Of a DNA stretch of 64,000 nucleotides, positions 56,268 through 64,000 are shown one piece after another. Each line of letters opens with the position of its first letter. The stretch's first letter is position 1. The DNA is from Zygnema circumcarinatum SAG 698-1b (lineage: Eukaryota; Plantae; Zygnematophyceae). The position numbers and the translations under genes were made by a program. The notes under the pieces are model-generated. The model made no database searches and had not been told where the DNA came from. It saw only the letters and a program-made list of their open reading frames with translations. The stretch spans positions 1,748,617-1,812,616 of the forward strand of contig CM074818.1 in NCBI GenBank assembly GCA_037447605.1. Reading direction: 5' to 3'.

Positions 56268-59162
56268 CGCCTGTAAGGGGAAACTTTAAAGCGCTTGTTT
56301 GCCTCTCCTCTCCCTTTCTCCCTCCCCTCGTCACGTCACACCAGCCATGCGGGGATGCAGTTTTTTCCCAAACCCTAATCCCGAGGTCCGCGGACGCGCT
56401 GCCCTCTCCTCTCGCCGCCCCCCTCCCGAGAGAGAGAGGGAGGGAGAGAGAGAGAGAGAAGTGGGAGAGTGCTCCAGATGATACCTGGATGCACTTTTGG
56501 CACGCTTTCAGTAAATCTTGTGTAGTGGCATGAAAGAAGACTGATGCTTTTCCTTTCGCCTTACTTTAAATGTTCTTCAAATGATTGAATTATTCGTCCC
56601 TCTGCAGACACCACTGAAGAGGGCATAGAGATAACATGAGTGAAGTCACAAAATGAGTGGTTTTGCCATCATCGTGAGGATACGATCTGTCATTACCACA
56701 TGCTAATCTTCATTTCCATTTTTTTTTCGTCGTCACCATCCAAAACTCTCCGATATTTATCATAAGAAAGACTGCAGGGTAGCAAACCTTTTCCTGCTTG
56801 AAGGCAATTGCATTCAATAGTCAACCATCACAAGTGTGTCGTGTGAGATCAACTTTGTGCAAAAAGTCTTCGTTTCAATCATGATATAGAGAGATATATT
56901 TTTTATATTATCATTGACCTCCTCAGCTCTTTTGAACAGCCTTCCTTTGAGCCTCAACTGACCATGTCAAACGTGCTTAAGCCAATGTGCCACGTATGTA
57001 TTGCGATGTATTTGCAAAGCCGGGCTTGAACCTCTTCTCGTGCCATACTGCCATATATGATACACTCATTCGGCCCCTCTGAAGAAAGAAATTGTCCCTT
57101 AGAGATGTTCGCAATTCGATCACCTTCAGAAGGGGAAAGAATTTGCATCATTTAAATCAATCATCATTTTGCATTTGCATCTCCAAAAGAGCTCTTAGCT
57201 CTCTCCATGAGCTGAAGCCTCCACTCACTTCCCGCTGGACTCTTCCGCACATGATGATGATAGGCCTCTTTCTGCACCATAAGTGCCTTCTTTCTTCTGC
57301 CTTCTTTCTGGCCTTTCTGTAAACATTGTACCGACGTCATACAGACTGAAACAAACCTCGCTGAGCTGAGGGAAACAAGAAGAATAGGGTTACAACATTG
57401 TATTTTTTCCCTCCTTAGGATTCAAAAGTGGTGCAAAACCTATTTATAGAGAAAGCTAAATCATTCTTGTACCTGATTCACGAGGTTGTCTTCTGGCGGG
57501 GGCTGCAAAAGTGGTACCCTTTTGAAGTACATTTTTAAGGCTAATGATAATGGAAACACTGAAGCACCTTAGGCGGGCGTTGCGTTTTCTTTGCAGGCTT
57601 TCCTATAAGAAGCACCCTTGAAAGAATAGGATTCAAAGCCCCTGTACACCTTTATAAGCCCTTAGCAGCCCCCGCGCTCGAGGAGGTTTATGTCGAATAC
57701 AGCCATGGCCGACCTGGAAAGAGTCAGCAAACACTGAAGCAGTGATAAAACCATAAAAGACTCAAATGGTTATGCATGACTGACTGACTGACTGATGACT
57801 GACTGACTGATGACTTTGTTTCAAGGCCCTGGAAGATGAAGCCGGCCGGTGCAGGTTATTTCTGAATGCAGGATCTGTCCAGTTCCTGCATGGGGGCTCG
57901 TCTTGCAGAGCAACAAAGGCGTGGCAGTTCTTTAGGAACAGGGCTCACTTGCAACCAGCCAGCCCCTCCATGCTTTACCGAAGGAAAAAACCGTTCAAGG
58001 CCAAGGCATGAGATGAGGCATAAGAAGGATAGTAAGTTGTCGACCCTTTCTTAAACCATTCTTTCTTTCTTCGGCTATTTTCTTTTTCGTTATTTTGATA
58101 CTTTCTTAAAAAGTAGCGACCAAATACGTCCTGTGCAGCAGCAGCAGGCTGCCTCCTCATTCCAGAAGCAATGCTTGCCTTGCTCCTCTTGCAAGCAGCT
58201 CCTGTCTACATGTGCAGATATACGGTTGAACAGTTACAGTTGAACTGCAACTGTAACTGAGGATCTCGCCTTCACGACGGCCTCCGTTGCAAACCTGGCG
58301 ACTTTCAGCCAAATGCTGTCCAATAGCGACGTGCCACGTGGTACTGAATGTCACGTGGCGGCCTTCCGTTGGACATGCTCAGGTCCAAGCTGACAGTGAC
58401 TCCTTGCTCCCTATACGCTTTGACTACACGCATAACTTTTAAACTGAGCCTGTCCTGTTCTATGTCTATTTACTGCCAACCGTAACTGCACATGGATCTG
58501 GGGGACGCCGCGCCTATATAACCACACTGGCAGGCAGACGCAGTGCGCTTGCGGGGGGGCCGTCTGCATCCCTTGACGGTAGTTTTGGTGAGGATTTAAG
58601 AGTTAGGGTTCAGGGTTTGGGGTCTAAAGTTCAGCGTTTAGGGTTTGGGGTTTAGAAGCCTAAGAAGGACAAAAATGTAGTGCATTCATACGCAGGGGAG
58701 GTCTAGGCAGGCATGACCGCCAAACAGATTAGAACGCACGTCCTGCGCCAACTCACAACCACAACGTTCACGGTCTCTTGCATATTTTAAAGATTATTTG
58801 CGCTTTACCTATTGTACAAGTAGACTCGCGACCCACCTGCACATTGCACATTGGATGGTTATTTGACCTAAAAAATAATATATATCTTAATATATGTCTT
58901 ATCTTTTGCCACTAAGACAAAGAAGCAACTGGAGCTTTGATAAGGTTTATTATAAACCTTTCGATATATACTCATGGTTGATCTCACTGTTTCGCGAACG
59001 TCTGCATTCCATAAAACCCTTCAAATCTGTCGTCCAATTGCACCTCCACGAGTTGTGCCACCTCTCTCCCCTGTCTGAACCCCCTCCCCTTCCCCTCCCT
59101 TCCCCCCTCCCCCTCCCCTCCCCTTCCCCTTCCCTCCCCTCCCTNNNNNNNNNNCCCCTTCC

Positions 59163-62100
59163 TCAGCACTTTGCCAACCTCTGATGCTCCTCGCACTTGA
59201 CCTTGAGGAGGTGCACCACCTCGTACAGCGCGACCGGGTTGCTGCTCGTCACAGTGAACCGCCAGTACTTGAACGCGTCGTTCAGAGTCACGGGCTGAAG
59301 GTTCAGCCGCTCTTCGGGGGGCAGCTCCAAAAGCAGGTTCTGCGCACAGGGCAGAGAGTACCCCCACAACAATGTCAACATGGGTCGCATGAACCATGTC
59401 TCGTGCTGCTTTGCTTGGGTCGTCGCTTACGTTCACATGCCACCAAATGCAAAATACGTGAGGATCACGTCACGTCACGTCACGTCACGGCACGGCACGG
59501 CACGGCACGGCACGGCACGGCAGTTTGTCCTAGGAGTGGCCGAGAAGGAAGCCTTAACATGCGCATGCTAGTGAACATGAGCATGACCAAGTTCATGGGT
59601 ACATAGTATAGTATAGTATGGGACTGACCATGCAGCAGTCGAGCGTGATGGGGGAGACGGTGAACACGTAGCCATGGCCGGCGAGGGAGGTGTCGAGGCC
59701 GGTCGTGTTGATGACGTCAAAGTTTGGAATCGCTTGCACTTCGTCAGCAATGCTTCTGAATCCGCCGAAGTCCCCAAGGCGAGGGTAGTCCCCGTGAAGG
59801 GCCCTGTGGAGAAAGGGGAGAAAATTTTTAAGAGCATGTCTGATCTCTCTTAGGAGGAAAAAACCCATGTTTTAAGTGTTCATGAAGGTGAAGAGTCTGG
59901 GGGGGTGAAGGGAGGGGGAGGGGAAGAGAGAGAGGGGGGGGGGGGGGGGGGGGNNNNNNNNNNAGGTCAGAATTGTACTGTGAGCTATCGAGGGCGAGGT
60001 CTTCTTCAGAACAATAGAGGGAGATGTGCTCGCAGTGGCTCAAGACTGCCGGATAAATTTTCATGAATTCACCCGTGTCGAAGTCGGGTGCAGCGAGATT
60101 GACCTGCATTCAACCTCATACTCTTTCTGTCAAAAACAAAGGACCCGCAAAAATCCCAAAACGATGTTGTAGAGGGAGTCCTGTCTTACCCCCCTGCATG
60201 AAGGCATAAGAATGAGAATAAGAATTTCAGAATTCCATAAGAATTTCGAAGATTTGCAGGGCGAGTCCTGGTATAAAGGGTCAAGGAATGGAATAACTAA
60301 TAAGAATTCTCTGAAGCCCTGTCCTGATGGGTCAGTTAGGAGGAGGGTTTTATGCACTCACTCGGACAACTTTGGGGTAGTCCGCGCTGGGGAAGAGGCG
60401 GAGGAGAGAGTAGAGGACGAGGCGGTTGCCCATACTGTGTGCTACAAAATGAAGCTTCTCGATGCCCAGATCTTTCTTAAATTTCCTGCAACCCAATCGA
60501 TCAAGAACAGTCAAAATGCTGCTGGTTTTGGGGAAGGGAGGGAAGGGAAAGGGATGGGAGGGAAGGAAAAGTGAGGGAAGGGAGGGAAAGGGAGGGAAGG
60601 GAAAGGAAGGAAGGGAAAGGGAGGGAAGTGGGCCGGGAAGAGAAAGGGAGGGAAGGGAAAGGGAGGGAAGGGAGGGAAGGGAAAGGGAGTGAAGGGAAAG
60701 AGAGGGAAGGGAAAGGGAGGGAAGGGAGGGAAGGGAAGGGAAAGGAGGGAAGGGAAAGGGAGGGAAGGGAAAGGGAGGGAAGGGAAAGGGAGGGATGGGA
60801 GGGAAGGGAAAGGGAGGGAAGGGAAGGGAAGGGAAGAGAAGGGAAAGGAGGGAAGGGAAAGGGAGAAAAGAGGGGAGGGAAGGGAAAGGGAGGGAAGGGA
60901 GGGAAGGGAAAGGGAGGGGAGGTTAAGGGAAGAGAGGCAGGTGAGTCTCACCTCAAAGTGCCCAAGAAGTCTTCAACTGCCCACATAACAGTGGCTTCGT
61001 CTGTCATATACCCTTCATAGTTTCCAGCGCTCGGCCAGCTGAACACAATGCCCGGAATGTGGAAGTTTCCTGTGTACACGATCTGCAGCATTGCAATGAT
61101 GGCAAGTAAGACTTTCTTGCACGCATTTTATCAAAACAAACGATGCCAAAACGTCCCCTTTGAACTCTCGCCCTCCCTTGGGCACCACACAAGGAGGCTT
61201 TCCTCTTTGATTTCTATCGATCTTTAAACTGAACTGAACTGAACTAAAGAATTAGGAAAATGCACCACCTGCGCTGCGGACTGACATGCACTGCTTAGGG
61301 TTGTGTTGTAGCCGTGAACGAACACGCATGCCTCCTTTCCCGCGTTAGCAGTAACACGGCTCTTCAGAAGATCAGTCCATGCTTGCTCCTGCAAATGCCA
61401 TCACAGATCATGTGATCACCAAGAAGAGGGCACGGAGTGAGTCAAAAGCATAACAATCCTAACAAGAGCAGGTCAAGAAGAAGGAAATAGAGAATTGAAC
61501 AAAGGCGCATACTGTACTACGGATCAAAGAGAGCATTATCACCTCAATTTTCTTGGCCGAAACTTGAACTATTTCGCTCCGAGTTGTGCTCTTACGGGTG
61601 GCAGCATACTCCCAGGTGCCGCCTTTGTTGCCAGTATAGTTGAACACGTTGGGAAGGCTGAGCCTTACTTCCCCAAACGTGACCTCTTTCCCTCTCTTTG
61701 TCCCCCACGCAATGCCGTCGGCCGCAGCCTTGGGCAACACATCCTGATTTGTGGCCACATAGATCGGCAGAGTCACGAAGCCCTCCCCTGCAACATCTCG
61801 CAAACAACTGAAGCATCAACTCAAGCTAAAGTTTCAACCACGGAGTCAACTTGCAAGTCTAACCACCATCACATCCATGAACTTGCACCTATTCATCATC
61901 ATCATCATCATCCGTTTCAACCCTCCCATCATCATCATCACAAAACCAAATTGTGTCCATTTCCTACAAATTCTGATCTTGCAATTATCTTGATTTCAAA
62001 CATTCCTACCGATTTCCGAAGCGCTTGTACTCGGGGCCTGCTCGAGTGCGTATAGCCAGTGATCTCTGAGCTTGGCCATCCTCTCATCGTTCGCAATGCT

Positions 62101-62812
62101 GTCATCGCCGGAAGCTGAACGAGCCTCTCCCATCGTCTCCGAAGCGAGGGAGTACACAGCGGAGTGGGTCCTCCTATAATTTTTCTCAATGTGAACAAGG
62201 GTAGCTTGAACCGCAGTATCTATCTGCACCCCTTGTGCGTTCCTGTGGAGACGGGGTTGTGGGGGGAGAGGGAGGGGGAGTGAGAGACAGAGGGGGTGAT
62301 GAGAACAGAGGAGAGAGGGGGTGGGGGGGGGAGGAAGAGGAGAACACATAAAGGAAGAGAGGGAAGAAAAAGGGAGGGACGAAGATTATGAGAGGGGTGT
62401 GGAGAGAGGGCGATGGAGGGGACGAGAGGCAAGGGGGGCTGGGCGAAGGAGTGGGAAGAAGAAAGAAAATGGAGCGCAAGTGGAAGCGTGGGGAGGAGGA
62501 AGGAGAGAGGAGGAGGAGGAGAGGAGAGGAAGAGAGAGGAGAGTGTGGGGAGAGGGGAGTGAGGAGGAGGAGATGTGNNNNNNNNNNAGGAAATACTCAC
62601 TCGTAGAGGCCTTTCATCGCGATGTGAAAGTCGCCATAGCTATCGCTGAGCAGAAAGTGGATTTTGGCCACGCTTTTGATCATGAGGCTGAGGAACACCG
62701 CGTTGTCCTTGCGCGGCTGCGGCTTCGCGGGGGTGAGAGCGCGCGGGATGCTGCCCAGAGTGAGCTTGAAGGCCTCCAGCATCCTCTCCATCACCTTGCC
62801 GACCACCTCCAT
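59163..62812 (-). CDS. DUF900 alpha/beta-hydrolase paralogue C (~513 aa); exons 62812-62601, 62242-62010, 61787-61543, 61388-61269, 61082-60952, 60485-60362, 60103-59979, 59803-59629, 59339-59163
   Basis: RKDNAVF, DDSIANDERMAKL, LPIYVATNQ, EACVFVHGYN, VFSWPS, HFVAHSMG, LAAPDFD, LYCSEEDLAL, HGDYPRLG, AGHGYVF. Same intron positions and phases as A and B. Confidence 0.88.
60530..60935. repeat. (GGGAA/GGGA)n polypurine tract in a paralogue C intron
   Basis: Read directly. Confidence 0.85.
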
Positions 62813-63774
62813 GCTGGGCCCTCGCAATGCTTCTCCTTCTCTTTGTGTGAGTGTGTCTCTCTCTCTCTCTCCCTCTCTCTCCCCTTATCCCTCCCTCTTC
62901 CCCGCTTTCAACCCCTCTCTCTCTCTCCCCCTCTTCCCTATCAGTCTCTCTCACCCCCTCTTCCCTCCCCCACTCTCTCCCCCCCTCCTTTCTTCCCTCT
63001 CTCAACCCCTCTTCCCTTTTCCCTCTCCGTCCCCCACTAAGCGCTCTATCCGCCGCCTCAAATTCCCCATTACCTGTGCCGAGTAGGTACTCTATGTTCA
63101 GACACGATTCTCCGTACACTTCTCGTACTGACGACGACCGGCAGCTCCGCCGACCGCCGAACTGGCCGGCCGGTCAAAATCTTCCAACGCTACGCTCAAC
63201 TTTATCTGTGACAAGCCATGGAATGGCCCACTCCATGTCTACAGCCTGGTCGGTGCCCCACGATTTGACGTACGTCTGACGTCACCTAGACAGTTCTATT
63301 TGTCTTTTTCTAGGGGGATCACCTGTACGGTAACCGGTTTGCGCCGCTCTGCCGGCCGGCAAAAGGTACAGAATCTGCCACGTGGACAAACCGACCAATG
63401 GGCATCTTCGGAAATGCTGTCAGAGATCCAGCCAATGCGTGGTCATACGGATGAAAACCGTCCAAAAGTCCGTGCAGTTGTCAGCGGGCAATCATTGGGC
63501 TATCTTGACATGGGCCAAATATTGGCCGCCGACCAGAGTACGGACATACCAACGGAGACCCCTAGATTCTCAGATCTGACATTTGTCCAGAACACGCTAC
63601 ATGCGGAGGTGGCCGTATCCAGTTCCTTGCAGCGTTTTACGGACCGCTCTAGCGTTGCGGACGAGTTTCGTTCCGTTACATGCATGTGGGCTACAGTGCC
63701 CAGTCCCCTGGGGTCTCTCACACCGGCGACTTTTTTCATCTCTATTTCTCCCCTCGCGTCTCTGAGCCCTCTCC

Positions 63775-63938
63775 CTCTCCTCTCCCTCTCCCTCTCCCTC
63801 TCCTCCCTCTCCCTCTCCCTCTCCCTCTCCCTCTCCCTCCCTCTCCCTCTCCCTCGCCCTCGCCCTCGCCCTCGCCCTCGCCCTCGCCCTCGCCCTCGCC
63901 CTCGCCCTCGCCCTCGCCCTCGCCCTCGCCCTCGCCCT
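63775..63938. repeat. (CCCTCT)n grading into (CCCTCG)n hexamer array
   Basis: Read directly; source of the poly-RA/RG/SP ORFs. Confidence 0.85.
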
Positions 63939-63942
63939 AGCC

Positions 63943-64000
63943 ATGGGCCGGCGGCCGCGAGAGTCAACGCTATCGAGTGCCCTTCGTACGGTGGCTGGCC
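63943..64000 (+). CDS. Possible start of a gene running off the window (MGRRPRESTLSSALRTVAG...)
   Basis: GCCATGG context after a (CCCTCG)n tract, divergent from paralogue C. Only 19 codons are visible. Confidence 0.25.
   Translation, partial: MGRRPRESTLSSALRTVAG

Noticed and set aside
56954-58354. Coding-like fragments between rtcA and paralogue C
   Set aside because: They could not be assembled into a phase-consistent model and no homology was recognised.

Overview
Eukaryotic nuclear DNA with GT-AG introns, TTTAGGG-type repeats and plant-type genes. The gene content suggests a streptophyte alga or early-diverging plant (inference). Most short exons sit among very long GA/CT microsatellite and degenerate telomere-like tracts, so most P/L/S- or E/R/G-rich ORFs in the track are artefacts. 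Manually spliced genes: 3' end of an LRR/Cys-rich (F-box-like) gene; a hypothetical gene with triple FFAT-like repeats; a plastid FAD/NAD(P)H oxidoreductase (pKIWI502-like); a METTL21-like lysine methyltransferase; three 9-exon paralogues of a DUF900/COG4782 alpha/beta-hydrolase; membrin; an SDR; a bacterial-type RecN; and a true RNA 3'-phosphate cyclase (RtcA) with a presequence-like N-terminus. Best leads: (1) the RtcA gene, whose introns carry tandem arrays of G-box plus CCAAT units matching the ER-stress element ERSE-II; (2) the bacterial-type DUF900 family, with apparently different targeting and a gene-conversion-like tract; (3) RecN head-to-head with a decayed inverted copy of RtcA exon 1. 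Several 10-N gaps and gap-adjacent duplications limit what can be concluded. All annotations are by eye and motif recall; no database search was run.
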